From the NCBI GenBank assembly GCA_016235085.1, contig JACRMA010000016.1:10425-74424 (forward strand): a stretch of DNA of 64,000 nt, read 5' to 3'. Position 1 is the stretch's first letter. Each line of letters opens with the position of its first letter. The translations under genes were made by a program, and so were the position numbers. Of the stretch, positions 1-10,553 are shown one piece after another. The notes beneath the pieces are model-generated. The model saw only the letters and a program-made list of their open reading frames with translations, made no database searches and had not been told where the DNA came from. Source of the stretch: Candidatus Zixiibacteriota bacterium. Its GTDB lineage: Bacteria > Zixibacteria > MSB-5A5 > WJJR01.

Positions 1-2
1 TT

Positions 3-2198
3 TTGACACGCCTGATTCGCGGTGCGCTTAATCCCGATGGCCAGCCACTCGCCGGCTGGCAGAAGATCCTCACGATCTGCGGCAGCGTGTCTGGTTCGTT
101 GTTCATGGCTTTTTCATCGACGCATTGGAACAATGCGGTCGAGGCGGAAGTCTACGGCGCCTCAATGTTCCTCATGATCTCGCTGGCATGGCTGGTGCTG
201 CGGTGGATCGATAAGCGGGGTGAGCCGGGGGCGAATCGATATCTTCTGGCGATTGCGTATCTGGGATTACTGTCCGTGGGCATCCATATGACGGTCTTCC
301 TCGTCATGCCCGTTGTCTTCCTTCTCATCCTCACAGTTGATCAGAGTTTGCGGCGTGACTGGCGTTTTTGGGTTACCGGCCTGACATTGTTTCTGGTCAC
401 TGCTGACGTCCTCTGGTTTCTGGTGTGTGCCGGCGGCTGGCTGCTGATCACGCTGGTGATGGCGGCTTCACGTCAGACCAGAGCAACGTGGAGTCTGTTT
501 GCGGCCATGATGCTTTCGGCCTGGCTGGGCTACAGCTGTCAGTTGTATCTGCCCATCCGATCTCAGCTCAATCCGAACATTGACGAGAGCGATCCTCAGA
601 CATTTGCCGGTTTCCGCAGTTTCATCGAGCGCAAGCAATACGGTCAGACGGGGATGTTCGAGCGCATGTTCACCCGCCGTGGGACGTGGGCCAACCAGCT
701 TGGCGATCATGCGCACATGGGGTTCTATAGGTATTTTCGCGCACAGTACGGGTTCGATGGCTGGGCGATGCTGCCCGTGATGGCACTGGGTTTCTTCGGC
801 GTCTGGTGGATGATCCGGAGGCGGCCGCCATGGGGCATGTTTGTGCTAATGATGTTTCTGGTGGGGTCAGTGGGGCTCGTCTTGTATATGAACTTCGCCG
901 ATGGCCGGGACTATTTCTTCACCCCCGGCTACATCGTGTTTGGCCTGATGATGGGGCTTGGCTTCGTCGGCCTGGCCGACTTGGTCCGGCGGCGGGTGCA
1001 GAAGCCGGCAATGGCGGTTGTCATCGGCGTGGTCGGTGCGCTCCTGCCGCTCCATACGTTGCAGGCGAACTGGCGCGGTGCCGACCGTTCGGTCAATTAC
1101 ACGCCGTATGACTACGCCTACAACCTCCTGCAATCCTGCGCGCCCGGGGCCATCCTCTTTACCGGCGGCGATAATGATACGTTTCCGCTCTGGTGTATTC
1201 AGGAGGTTTACGGAGTCCGTCGTGACGTCTCAGTCATCAATCTTTCACTGGCGCAGACGGATTGGTACGTCTATCAGATGAAACACGTGTGGGGTTTGCC
1301 GGTTACCTGGACCGATGATCAGATTCTATGGACGGTCGAAGATCGCTCGATCGGCGAAGGGTTGCTGCGGCCGAAAGAGCCGTATTTCGATCCTCTCAGC
1401 AAGTCCCGGCACTACCTGTTCCCGACCCGGATCGGCGAGGACGTGCTGGGGCCGGCCGACATGGTGGTGGAGCACATCATTCTCAACAACGCGTGGGAGC
1501 GTCCGGTGTTCTTCTCCGGCTCGCCGGCGGGGAAGTCGCGCCTGCAACTGGAAAAACACACGCGCATGGTGGGCGGTGCGTTCCAGATCGTTCGCGAGGA
1601 CGCGAACTTCGAAGTGGATTACGAGAAGACCGCGGCGCTGCTGGACACCGTCTTCAAATATCGCGGTTACAACAATCCGAAGAACGGCATCGACGATAAC
1701 GCCGTGGGCCTGTCGATGGCATTTCCGGAGAAGATGCTGGCTCTGGCCGACTATTATCATCGCCGCAATGACACGACGAAGTGGGGCTACTGGAATCGCA
1801 AGGCGGCTACTACGTTCCCGTACTACTGGCGATGCCATTCGCAACTCGCCGAACAGCTCAAGTCCCAGGGTGACACTGCTGGAGCGCAGGCGGTCATCCA
1901 GAAGGGGATCGAGTCCATCGGCGCGTACGTGCGCGAGATGCCGGACAACCGGTTGTACTGGTTGTTCTGGGGGAAGCTTTGCGAAGCGGCCGGACGCAAT
2001 GATGAGGCGAATGAATATCTGAGAACGTCGTTCTATATGAATCCGTACGATCAAATGACCTATCAGTCGTACGTCGCGAACTGCATGAGCCAGGGCAAGA
2101 CGGCGCAGGCGGCAGCGGCTGCCAGAAAGTGGCTAGAGTACTTCCCGGACGACGGCCAGGCCCGTTCGCTGGCCTCCGGGATCGCCTCTAAAGGCTGA
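3..2198 (+). CDS. Polytopic membrane protein with C-terminal soluble TPR-like domain (DUF2723/PMT-like glycosyltransferase-fold family); 5' partial
   Basis: The ORF is open to the window edge, and the TTG at position 3 is not a credible start. The first ~350 aa are a series of hydrophobic TM segments (FLVMPVVFLLILTV, WLLITLVMAAS, GLVLYMNF). These are followed by a soluble region with GGDNDTFPLW and TPR-like helices (YLRTSFYMNPYDQMTYQSY). Confidence 0.6.
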   Translation: MTRLIRGALNPDGQPLAGWQKILTICGSVSGSLFMAFSSTHWNNAVEAEVYGASMFLMISLAWLVLRWIDKRGEPGANRYLLAIAYLGLLSVGIHMTVFLVMPVVFLLILTVDQSLRRDWRFWVTGLTLFLVTADVLWFLVCAGGWLLITLVMAASRQTRATWSLFAAMMLSAWLGYSCQLYLPIRSQLNPNIDESDPQTFAGFRSFIERKQYGQTGMFERMFTRRGTWANQLGDHAHMGFYRYFRAQYGFDGWAMLPVMALGFFGVWWMIRRRPPWGMFVLMMFLVGSVGLVLYMNFADGRDYFFTPGYIVFGLMMGLGFVGLADLVRRRVQKPAMAVVIGVVGALLPLHTLQANWRGADRSVNYTPYDYAYNLLQSCAPGAILFTGGDNDTFPLWCIQEVYGVRRDVSVINLSLAQTDWYVYQMKHVWGLPVTWTDDQILWTVEDRSIGEGLLRPKEPYFDPLSKSRHYLFPTRIGEDVLGPADMVVEHIILNNAWERPVFFSGSPAGKSRLQLEKHTRMVGGAFQIVREDANFEVDYEKTAALLDTVFKYRGYNNPKNGIDDNAVGLSMAFPEKMLALADYYHRRNDTTKWGYWNRKAATTFPYYWRCHSQLAEQLKSQGDTAGAQAVIQKGIESIGAYVREMPDNRLYWLFWGKLCEAAGRNDEANEYLRTSFYMNPYDQMTYQSYVANCMSQGKTAQAAAAARKWLEYFPDDGQARSLASGIASKG

Positions 2199-2228
2199 TT
2201 ACCAAAATCCTTATGAAATGTCTTGATG

Positions 2229-2262
2229 CTCGGGCGGGTGCGATACCCGCCCGAGTCGTTTG
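2229..2262 (+). terminator. Candidate intrinsic terminator after the first gene
   Basis: An 11-bp GC stem CTCGGGCGGGT / ACCCGCCCGAG with a 5-nt loop, followed by a weak TCGTTT tract 30 nt after the stop codon. Confidence 0.4.
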
Positions 2263-2692
2263 GGGATGACTTGAGTTGGACGAAACAAGGCATGCTCCGC
2301 CGCTCGAAGCGTTTTGATGTCTCCGGGGTCGGGATGTGATGAACTAATAATACAACTTGGCTCTGGGCTGGAAGAGAGCGAACGCAGCGTCAATGCGGTG
2401 TGCCAACTACTGAGGCCAGACCCGACCCCGGCGACATACCATCCGCCCAGACAAAAGGAAAGATCGCGTTTCATGGTCATCTGTCAAGGGTGTTTTTGGT
2501 CCTGTTAGTGATTTTTCCGGACGATAACACACCAGAGTTGCGTTCCATGAGTGTGTTGGGAGCAAACGCTGTGGCGAGGAACCGCCGACGCAGCATCAAT
2601 TTGCGGACCTTTCTGTTGCAACGCGGACTCGCGCCGTGTAACTTACGAGATTCCCGGCATCAATTTTGAAGCGGGATGAGAGGAACTCTGAA

Positions 2693-3820
2693 ATGAAGGC
2701 ACTTGTCACCGGTGGAGCCGGATTAATCGGGTCGCACATTGTTGATCTTCTCCTGGAGCGGGGCCACACAGTCCGCATCCTCGACAACCTGGAACCGACA
2801 GTTCACTTGGAGGGGCGCCCCGCCTGGATTCCCAAGGATGCCGAGTTTATCGAAGCCGACGTCCGTGATGAATCCGCCTGGGAACGGGCCCTGGCCGGTG
2901 TGGATACCGTCTTCCACCAGGCTGCCTATGGCGGATTCGCCCCCGAGATTTCAAAGATGACGGCGGTCAATGCCCTCGGCACGACGCTGATGTTCGAAGT
3001 GATCAAGAAGAAAGCGTTGCCGATTCGCTGGGTGGTGACAGCGTCGTCTCAGGCGATCTACGGCGAGGGGCTTTACGCGTGCAAGACGCATGGCGAGTTT
3101 CACCCGCCGATCCGGTCGGAGGAACGTTTCCGCCGCGGGCAGTGGGAAGTTCCCTGTCCCCAGTGCGGAGTGGACGCGGCCGGATGCGCGACACGCGAGT
3201 CGACCGACGCCGATGTCACCGGCGTCTATTCCATCTCAAAGTATTTCGAAGAGCGTCTGACCCTGGCGATGGGGCGTGAACTGGGATTCGGTGTCACCGC
3301 GTTGCGCTATTCGCTGACGTATGGCCCGCGCCAGTCGCTGTTCAATCCGTATTCCGGGATTTGTTCGATTTTTTCCACGCGTCTGCTCAATGGCCTGGCG
3401 CCGGTGATTTACGAGGATGGAAAACAGTCGCGCGACTTCATCTTTGTGAAAGACGTGGCCGCTGCCAATGTTCTCGTCTCCGAGGAGCCGCGCGCCAACG
3501 GCCGGGTATTCAATGTCGGCACCGGTCGCGCCACCACGGTCGCGGACTTTGCCCGCAAGCTGGCCAAGGCCTACGGCGTGAACATCGAGCCGTCAACGCC
3601 CGGATTCTTCCGCCCGATTGATCTGCGGCATTTGTTCGCCAACACCGAGCAGTTGGGAGCCCTGGGCTTCAAAGCGGCCCACACGGTGGACCAGGGGATT
3701 GCCCAGTATGTCGCCTGGATCAAGTCGTGCGGACAGCCGAAAGAGTACTTCACTCGCGCCGAAGAGTATCTCAAGCAATTGCGGATTGTGCGGCAAGCCG
3801 ATCTGGCGGCCGCCCGCTAA
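2693..3820 (+). CDS. NAD-dependent epimerase/dehydratase family protein (extended SDR)
   Basis: Rossmann motif MKALVTGGAGLIGSHIVDLL at the N-terminus and a YxxxK region (YSISKYFEE). The ATG at 2693 is preferred over the upstream in-frame start at 2666. Confidence 0.85.
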   Translation: MKALVTGGAGLIGSHIVDLLLERGHTVRILDNLEPTVHLEGRPAWIPKDAEFIEADVRDESAWERALAGVDTVFHQAAYGGFAPEISKMTAVNALGTTLMFEVIKKKALPIRWVVTASSQAIYGEGLYACKTHGEFHPPIRSEERFRRGQWEVPCPQCGVDAAGCATRESTDADVTGVYSISKYFEERLTLAMGRELGFGVTALRYSLTYGPRQSLFNPYSGICSIFSTRLLNGLAPVIYEDGKQSRDFIFVKDVAAANVLVSEEPRANGRVFNVGTGRATTVADFARKLAKAYGVNIEPSTPGFFRPIDLRHLFANTEQLGALGFKAAHTVDQGIAQYVAWIKSCGQPKEYFTRAEEYLKQLRIVRQADLAAAR

Positions 3821-3840
3821 GACGCGAGAAGCGATTCGTT

Positions 3841-4629
3841 ATGTCACAATCTGACCTTCAGAGATCGTCGGTAGAATCCGCCGGCCAGCGTCCCAAGCTG
3901 CGCGTGGTCAGTTGCATCCTTTGCTACAATGAAGCGCGAAAGATCGGACCGCTGATTCAGCGATTCATGGATCCGGCGGTTGAAGCCGTGGTCGATACGG
4001 TGCTCATCATCGACGACGGTTCCACTGATGGGTCGGTGGAGGCGATCAACGCCGTGGGCAACCCGCGCGTGGTGATCATTTCGCATGGCAAGAACCTTGG
4101 TCCCGGCACGGCGATCCGGGCTGGTTACAACTACGCCATCAAGAACGGATTCGATGTCTTCACTCTAATGGCGGGAAACGGTAAAGACGACCCGCATCTC
4201 ATCCCCGCCCTGGTCGCCCCGATTCTCGAAGACCGTGCCGATTATGTCCAGGGCTCGCGATTTGCAAAGGGCGGGCTGAGCCGTGGACTGCCGCCCCATC
4301 GCTGGATCGCGATGAAGCTGTACACTTGGACGTTTTCCATGGCGTTGCGCAAGCGGCTGACCGATGCCACCAACGGCTTTCGAGCCTACCGGATTTCGCT
4401 GCTGAAGGATCCGCGCATCGATTGGAATCAGCCCTGGCTCGGTTTTTCGTACGAAATCGAGTTCTACTTGTTATTCAAGGTCAACGCGCTGAAGTTCCGT
4501 GTGGCCGAAGTGCCGGTGTCCAAGGTTTACAATTTCGAGAAGACGGAGTCCTACACCAAAGTACGTCCCGTCGACTGGCTTAAGAATCTCAAGCCGCTGT
4601 TTCTGCTCTGGTTCGGTTTCCGCAAGTAA
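3841..4629 (+). CDS. Family 2 glycosyltransferase (polyprenyl-phosphate sugar transferase-like)
   Basis: GT-A signature VVSCILCYNEARKI ... IIDDGSTDGS and a C-terminal hydrophobic tail (LFLLWFGF). The ATG at 3841 lies just after the stop of the epimerase gene, so the upstream ORF extension overlaps that gene. Confidence 0.85.
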   Translation: MSQSDLQRSSVESAGQRPKLRVVSCILCYNEARKIGPLIQRFMDPAVEAVVDTVLIIDDGSTDGSVEAINAVGNPRVVIISHGKNLGPGTAIRAGYNYAIKNGFDVFTLMAGNGKDDPHLIPALVAPILEDRADYVQGSRFAKGGLSRGLPPHRWIAMKLYTWTFSMALRKRLTDATNGFRAYRISLLKDPRIDWNQPWLGFSYEIEFYLLFKVNALKFRVAEVPVSKVYNFEKTESYTKVRPVDWLKNLKPLFLLWFGFRK

Positions 4630-4630
4630 A

Positions 4631-4665
4631 GAAAAAGGGTCCCGCTTGGCAGCAGGACCCTTCTC
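4631..4665. terminator. Candidate bidirectional terminator between convergent genes
   Basis: GGGTCC ... GGACCC hairpin flanked by an A-run (GAAAAA) and TTCTC. It sits between the GT2 stop (4629) and the redoxin gene stop (4688). Confidence 0.45.
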
Positions 4666-4687
4666 AGTACAATAGTTTCAACTCAGG

Positions 4688-6220
4688 TTAGACGCCGGCT
4701 TTCGCGGTCAGTGCCTTTTCGATCGAACCGGCGAGCTTTTCACCACGGCAATCGTCGCCCATGGCGACGAGCGATCCATCGCGTCCCACCAGCACCGGGC
4801 TGGGAATTCCGCGAACCAGATATGCTTTGACCAACGGGCCGTTCCAATCGTGCTGGTCATAGACATGGCGCCAACTCATGCCCTTGTCGGTGATCCACTT
4901 GCGATAATCGTCCGGGGTTGTCTTGTCGGCGTAGTCGAGTGAAATCGATAGAACGTCGAATCCCTGGTCGTGGTATTTCTGATAAGCGGCGAGCAGGCCC
5001 GGCAATTCGCCACGGCACGGGCCGCACCACGTGGCCCAGAAATCGACCAGCACCACCCGGCCCTTATACTGATCCAGGCTGACCGGTTTGTCGTCGATGT
5101 CGACCGCCTGGATGGGAATCGGCCAGAGCGAGGCGACGACGTCGCCCTGGAAGAAGGCGCCGGCGACCTGCATGGCGGGCTCGTCGTTCTTGAATTTTTC
5201 CGTAAACGCACGAACCTTGGGGAGAACGGCTTCCTTGTTCTGGGCCGCTTCGATCAAATCAAACATCAATTGCCACGCATTGGCGGCTCCGTCGAACTTG
5301 GTCCCGGGTTGCACTTGGGTTAGGCGGGCCCGGGCGGCCAGGGTTGCGGATGCCCAATCGGGGTCGGTGGGCATGCTGGGATGCTTGCGGCAATACAGCG
5401 CCAGTCCGCCCCGATACTGCGCCTCACTCTGGCCTTCGACCGATGGATTGGTGGCTACATAATCATCCACTTCCTTGACCGTGCCGTCGGCGATCGGTCC
5501 CCATGAGACGTAAATTGACTTGATCCTGGAGATAGCGCGAATCCGTTCGAGACCGTAGTCGAATGTCGGATCGGCCTTCTTCAACTCCTTCAACGCCGCC
5601 ATCCGTTTGGCCTCGAGATCGACGAGTGCCGACGCGTGCTGCCAGCCATACCAGATTGACCGATTACGACGAATGATCTGCTGCTGTCCCGCGACCCATC
5701 GTTCGAGGCTGTCGGTGCTGGGAAATGCGATTGCCGAGGGATAGGTTGGCAACCCATTGGCAAAGGCGCCTTCTTTGGCATTCTGCGTTGCGGACGCGCG
5801 AGCAACCAGAGGGGCAAAACGCGGATCGGCACGCAAAGCCGCGAGGTCTTCGTCCCCATTGAGCTGCTCGGTATCGTCCCAACCCTGGGCGACGGCTTTG
5901 TCCAGCCACTCGATGCCCTTGTCAACCTGCTTGACGCGTCCGTAGGCGCAGGCGGAATTGTATGCGGCCCACTTCCCGGCAGGGATTAACGCTGCCTGGC
6001 GGCCAAATGCGGCCACCGCCTCCTCGGTCTTCCCCTGGTCCATCAACTGGTATCCCGAATCGTTGAGGGCGTTGTATTGTGCAATCAGAGCGGCATCATA
6101 CGCCTGCGGCGCCTGGACCTTGGCGACCTTCGCGTCCTCAATACTCGCCTGCTGTTGGGAGCAACCCAGGCTGCACAACATGACGGCCAGCGTCAGCAGG
6201 AAAATCAATCGTCTTGTCAT
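4688..6220 (-). CDS. TlpA-like thioredoxin/redoxin lipoprotein with N-terminal TPR-like helical domain
   Basis: Lipoprotein signal (LTLAVMLCSLGCSQ) and thioredoxin active site WATWCGPC near the C-terminus. TPR-like repeats occupy the central region. Confidence 0.85.
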   Translation of the reverse strand: MTRRLIFLLTLAVMLCSLGCSQQQASIEDAKVAKVQAPQAYDAALIAQYNALNDSGYQLMDQGKTEEAVAAFGRQAALIPAGKWAAYNSACAYGRVKQVDKGIEWLDKAVAQGWDDTEQLNGDEDLAALRADPRFAPLVARASATQNAKEGAFANGLPTYPSAIAFPSTDSLERWVAGQQQIIRRNRSIWYGWQHASALVDLEAKRMAALKELKKADPTFDYGLERIRAISRIKSIYVSWGPIADGTVKEVDDYVATNPSVEGQSEAQYRGGLALYCRKHPSMPTDPDWASATLAARARLTQVQPGTKFDGAANAWQLMFDLIEAAQNKEAVLPKVRAFTEKFKNDEPAMQVAGAFFQGDVVASLWPIPIQAVDIDDKPVSLDQYKGRVVLVDFWATWCGPCRGELPGLLAAYQKYHDQGFDVLSISLDYADKTTPDDYRKWITDKGMSWRHVYDQHDWNGPLVKAYLVRGIPSPVLVGRDGSLVAMGDDCRGEKLAGSIEKALTAKAGV

Positions 6221-6261
6221 CCCTTCCTCCTCGTTGATTCGGCAAACTCAATTGGCTCTAA

Positions 6262-7749
6262 TTAGTCTATTCGAAGCGGGTTTTTCCACCGAAACCTATT
6301 GGCACCTTTAACGGTGCCCAGCCACAAGTAGTCACCTTCCACAACAATACGTTGAACAAAGCCATCCAATAGTCCGTCGGCCACAGTAAACATGCGTCTC
6401 TCGTGTGTCGCGGGAACCACGCGCAACAAACCACTGGGCGTGGCGGCCCAGACGATACTGTCAGCGGTCACGGCGATTTCGTAGATGTTGTCGTCAGGGA
6501 GAATGCTGGGGCTTTCCAGGGCTTCCACCGGTTCGCGTCCGGTCAGATCGATGATCGCAATGCCATGATCCGAACCGACATAGAGCTTGTGGCGCGTGGC
6601 GGCCAGGGCTCGCACTCTGCCCGCCAGGGGACCTTCACCAGTGGCAAATCGCCGCCAGTCCGGCGTGGGTTTGGCGAGACGCATCAAACCCCGATCGGTA
6701 GCCAGCCAGACCACATCGCCGGTCACCTCAATGTCGTAGACACGCGCATTGCGCACGGCTTCGGTATTCGCGTGGAAGATCGAATCCCGCGGCAGGTACA
6801 GACCATTGATCCCGAGCTCGGTGCCGATCCAGAGGATGTCACCGTCGAGTGTCAGCGCATGCACCCGCTCATCAACCAAGCCTTCACGCTGGCCATAGGT
6901 TAGGAAGCCATCCGTCTTCCGATCCATCCGTACAAGTCCGCGGTCGGTTGCCAGCCAGAGGTACCGGCCACCGGGATCACCGGCGATCCGCTCGACGTTG
7001 TCCGAGGCGAAACCCTCGGTGAACCTGGCCTCGATGTAGCGCCAATCGCCCGAAACGGTATCCCAGATTGTCAGTGCATTGGCGCCGTCATAGAAATTGG
7101 GACCGCCGAAGACCATCCCGGACGAGTCCATGTAAATTGCCTGAACATCGTTCTGGAAGAGTCCCCACCTCTGGGGAGTGATTTGAAACGTCCCGGGCGG
7201 GATCGTCAGGACAAATTGCCCCCACGTGCCAATCCACCGCGTTCCCCAGCTGTCGTCGAGATACCCCCGGATTTCATAGGATCGCATCTGAGGGTCAGTG
7301 ATGTATCCCGCGGTGAGGCCATCGTAACCGAAAGGAAAACTCAAACCCCGCAGCTCAAAACGCAGCCATGGCTGTTCGAGCGTGTCGGGGAATTGGTCGG
7401 CGTCTTCCCATTCGCGGAAGCCCGGACGGTACACCGAAACTCCGGAGGGCGTCTCGGCCCAAAGTTCGTCCGTTTGACCGTCATAAGCGAGCCGGTGCAC
7501 GTTGTTGGCGCGCAGTCCCTCTGCCGTGGTGAGTGCCGGGAGCCATTGGTCGCGGTGCCGGTCGTAGCGCGCGACTCCTCCGCGGGTGCCAAAGTACATG
7601 AAATCCTGTGTGACGATCGCCGCATGAACATAACGGACAGATGTGTAGGCAACCCAATCGCCGAAGAAATAACGGGGATTCTGGCCCCCCGGCACACTGG
7701 CCGCGGGGATCAATGCGAGAAGCACTGCGAGCGGCAAGAGCCGTTTCAT
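6262..7749 (-). CDS. Secreted beta-propeller repeat protein (two-component-regulator-propeller-like repeats)
   Basis: Signal peptide MKRLLPLAVLLALIPAASVP. Repeated about 40-aa units carry recurring WLATDRGL, LWIGTELGI and VWAATPSGL motifs. Confidence 0.6.
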   Translation of the reverse strand: MKRLLPLAVLLALIPAASVPGGQNPRYFFGDWVAYTSVRYVHAAIVTQDFMYFGTRGGVARYDRHRDQWLPALTTAEGLRANNVHRLAYDGQTDELWAETPSGVSVYRPGFREWEDADQFPDTLEQPWLRFELRGLSFPFGYDGLTAGYITDPQMRSYEIRGYLDDSWGTRWIGTWGQFVLTIPPGTFQITPQRWGLFQNDVQAIYMDSSGMVFGGPNFYDGANALTIWDTVSGDWRYIEARFTEGFASDNVERIAGDPGGRYLWLATDRGLVRMDRKTDGFLTYGQREGLVDERVHALTLDGDILWIGTELGINGLYLPRDSIFHANTEAVRNARVYDIEVTGDVVWLATDRGLMRLAKPTPDWRRFATGEGPLAGRVRALAATRHKLYVGSDHGIAIIDLTGREPVEALESPSILPDDNIYEIAVTADSIVWAATPSGLLRVVPATHERRMFTVADGLLDGFVQRIVVEGDYLWLGTVKGANRFRWKNPLRID

Positions 7750-8936
7750 CCGTTGCCCTCGAACTGCCGAACTCGCTCGACCAGCCGTGTCACTTCCTCG
7801 GATGTGTTATGGAAATGGGGGGAGACCCGGATTGTCCCTTCGCGGAATGAGGTGTGAATCTTGTGAGCCTTCAGATGCTCGTACAATTCCCGGATACGCG
7901 GACCGGTCAGGGCCAGTATGCCGGATCGATGGTTCGGACCCTTTTCGAAGGCCACCCGGTATTGGGTTCCCTCCAAATCTCTGATGAGCTGATCGAGCAG
8001 GGATTGAATGATGGACCAAACCTGATGCTTGCCACACTCCTCTAAAATGGCCAGACCGGTTTCGGCGAATCGGATCGAGAAGAATGGATAGGTTCCAGTC
8101 TCCCAGCGGCGGCCATCCGCGAAGCTGGGTTTGTTCCAATCCTTGAGGTCTTCGAATCGGTACCCCCAGTCGACACTCAGCCAGCCCGATTCCAGCGGTT
8201 CCACGGCTCGGATGGGGCGTGAGGAGATGTAGAAGAACCCGGCGCCTGTTTGCCCGAAGAGCCATTTCTGGGCGCCGCATGCCAGCGCATCAATTCCGAT
8301 TTGTTCGGCTTCGAGCGGGACGGAGCCAACACCCTGGATAGCATCGACCAGTACAAAACAGCCTTTGGCATGACAGAGATCGGTGATCGTTTTCAGGTCG
8401 TACCGGTACCCGTTGAAGTACTGAACATACGATATCGCGAGCACGGCGGAGGTTTGCGAGAGCGCCTTCTCCAGGGTCCCGATCTCGAGATATCCCTCCG
8501 GGCAAGGAAGAGGCTCGATCTTCAAATCCAGCTTCTTCGCGATGTTCTTGACGGCGTAAACCAGAGCGGGGAATTCGATCTCCGGCAGCAGAATTCGTTC
8601 CCCTTTGCGGAGTCCCAATCCCCAGAGAACCGCGTTCAATCCACATGACGTATTCGGTGCAAACCCGATCCGGTCGGCATTCGCCCCGATCAGCCGTGCG
8701 AAGCGTCCCTTCGCGCTGGCGAGCATCGCGAACGTTTCGTCATCAACGTCAGGTCCGGGGGCCAGCTGTCCCCAGCGTTTGATCAGCGATTCGGCGGCGA
8801 GTCGGCCACGTCGCGTGACCGGTCCGAACGAAGCGTGGTTGAGAAACACGTTGTCGGGAGCGATTTCGAATTCACATTTCCAGTCGCGATGCGACGCCGG
8901 CTGGGTCCTTACGGTCACCGTTGAACTCCCATCCAT
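7746..8936 (-). CDS. Aminotransferase class V / cysteine desulfurase-like PLP enzyme
   Basis: Fold-type I PLP motifs. The candidate PLP-lysine region is ALACGAQKWLFGQTGAGFFYIS, preceded by VLVDAIQGVG. The 4-nt overlap with the downstream gene start suggests operon linkage. Confidence 0.8.
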   Translation of the reverse strand: MDGSSTVTVRTQPASHRDWKCEFEIAPDNVFLNHASFGPVTRRGRLAAESLIKRWGQLAPGPDVDDETFAMLASAKGRFARLIGANADRIGFAPNTSCGLNAVLWGLGLRKGERILLPEIEFPALVYAVKNIAKKLDLKIEPLPCPEGYLEIGTLEKALSQTSAVLAISYVQYFNGYRYDLKTITDLCHAKGCFVLVDAIQGVGSVPLEAEQIGIDALACGAQKWLFGQTGAGFFYISSRPIRAVEPLESGWLSVDWGYRFEDLKDWNKPSFADGRRWETGTYPFFSIRFAETGLAILEECGKHQVWSIIQSLLDQLIRDLEGTQYRVAFEKGPNHRSGILALTGPRIRELYEHLKAHKIHTSFREGTIRVSPHFHNTSEEVTRLVERVRQFEGNG

Positions 8937-8956
8937 GTTGCATTCCCTTTGCTGTT

Positions 8957-9364
8957 TCAGATTACCAGGAGCCAGCCGATCAGGGTCAAGGCCCCGCCGA
9001 TTCGTAGAAAGTCAATCAACAGCAGCCAAAACGCCCGATCCCAACCGGTGCGGGGGGCATCGAGCAAACGCGCGGGCACCAGGCCGAACAGAAAGCCAAG
9101 CAGAGCCACGGCAAGACCTGCGCGAGCACCGGTAAATGGGATCATCGGTTGGAGGAAGTCGAGAATCACCGTGGGGAGCAGCCCCAGAAACAGAAGATTG
9201 GCAAACAGGACGACCGAGATGTTGTCCCACACGGTCCCGCCCGAGGCGAGATTGCCGCGTTGGGAAAACCATCGCCGGTCACCCCAGTGTCCCACCAGCG
9301 TGACCGCCACACCCAACAGCCACGGGGGAATGATGCGAAGCAGATTTCCGGTTGTGCCCATCAT
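8957..9364 (-). CDS. Small hydrophobic membrane protein of unknown function
   Basis: A 135-aa ORF fills the gap between two same-strand genes and has about 4 predicted TM helices (LLGVAVTLVGHW, VVLFANLLFLGLLPTVILDFL, LAVALLGFLFGLV, LTLIGWLLVI). Confidence 0.5.
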   Translation of the reverse strand: MMGTTGNLLRIIPPWLLGVAVTLVGHWGDRRWFSQRGNLASGGTVWDNISVVLFANLLFLGLLPTVILDFLQPMIPFTGARAGLAVALLGFLFGLVPARLLDAPRTGWDRAFWLLLIDFLRIGGALTLIGWLLVI

Positions 9365-9375
9365 AAACGTTTACC

Positions 9376-10368
9376 CTACAACCAGCCGTTCGCCCGGTAC
9401 CATTCGACGGTCTGCTTCGTGCCCTCGGCGAATGGAATCCGGGATTGATAGCCGAGGCGGGACATGGCCTTCTCGATTGAACAGGTCCAGTCATTCTGCA
9501 TGAAATCGCGTGCTTTATGGCGATTCAGTTTGGGCGTGAACCCTCCGACCTTGCCCACCAGTTCGGCAATGCCGGCAATGGTGAGCAGGAGAGGTCCCGG
9601 GATTCGAACTCGCACGGCCCAGGTTCCCAGGGCCGCCTGAATCAGATCTTCCGCCGTTGCCAGATCGTAATGCTGATTCTCCGCGATGAAGAATACCTCG
9701 CCGACGGCCTCGGGTTTCTCGGCCGCCAGCAAGATCCCGTCCACAAGGTCCGTTATGTGAACCATGGTCATACGAACGGGCGGGTTCTTGAACAGGGGCT
9801 TGATGTGCCAGTTCACGGCCTGAAAGAAGCCCAGAACCTCGGTGTCGCCCGGGCCATAGACGGCTGGTGGCCGCACGACAGTCACCGGCATGCGATCCGC
9901 ACGTTTCCGCACGGCCAGTTCCCCCTCCAGCTTGCTGATGCCATACGGGGTTGTTGGCGATTCCGGGTCGATCTCTGACTTGGCGTGGCCATCGCGAGCC
10001 GGCCCGGCGGCGGCGAGAGAGGAGACATACACAAATCGCTGGAGAGTGGATCTCGATCCCTCGGCGGCGTCAAGCAGGTTGATTGTGCCCTGCACATTGG
10101 CCATCCGATAGGCGGCCAAATCCGGCGCTTTGACTCGTCCGGCGACATGGAAGATCAGACCGGCATCCTTGCACCCTTGAGCCAGAGCCTCGCGATCGTT
10201 CAGGTCGCCTTCGATCCATTCAATGTTGACATTCGCAACACGAGTGCGATCCGCCCCCTTACGCACCAGAGCACGGATGGGATAGCCCGCTTGATCCAGC
10301 GCACGTGCCAGATGCGATCCGACAAAACCATTGGCTCCAGTGATGAAAACAGCGGGGCGGGTGGGCAT
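9376..10368 (-). CDS. NAD(P)-dependent reductase of the epimerase/dehydratase (extended SDR) family
   Basis: Rossmann motif VFITGANGFVGSHLARAL just after the ATG at 10368. The longer ORF reaching 10533 would overlap the divergent promoter. The gene is divergently transcribed from the alpha-oxoamine synthase. Confidence 0.8.
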   Translation of the reverse strand: MPTRPAVFITGANGFVGSHLARALDQAGYPIRALVRKGADRTRVANVNIEWIEGDLNDREALAQGCKDAGLIFHVAGRVKAPDLAAYRMANVQGTINLLDAAEGSRSTLQRFVYVSSLAAAGPARDGHAKSEIDPESPTTPYGISKLEGELAVRKRADRMPVTVVRPPAVYGPGDTEVLGFFQAVNWHIKPLFKNPPVRMTMVHITDLVDGILLAAEKPEAVGEVFFIAENQHYDLATAEDLIQAALGTWAVRVRIPGPLLLTIAGIAELVGKVGGFTPKLNRHKARDFMQNDWTCSIEKAMSRLGYQSRIPFAEGTKQTVEWYRANGWL

Positions 10369-10553
10369 GTTAGCCACTTTGAAACCCCCGGCCTTGGGCA
10401 AAACGCTCTTGACAGTCGCCCTGCCGCCGGGTTGCTTGGGACGGACGTGACCCCCAAGCTGGATCGGTCCGTCTTTGTCGTCGCGCGGTTCGGCGGCCAC
10501 TGGGGCAGCACTGAAGGACGCGCGAGGTAACAATCAAACTACGGATACTTCTT

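Noticed and set aside
2199-2692. 490-nt intergenic region upstream of the epimerase gene with several small ORFs (2211-2480, 2314-2508, 2400-2669)
   Set aside because: The short overlapping ORFs lack motifs and RBS context. The region is probably promoter/leader, and no repeat or structure beyond the terminator hairpin was found.
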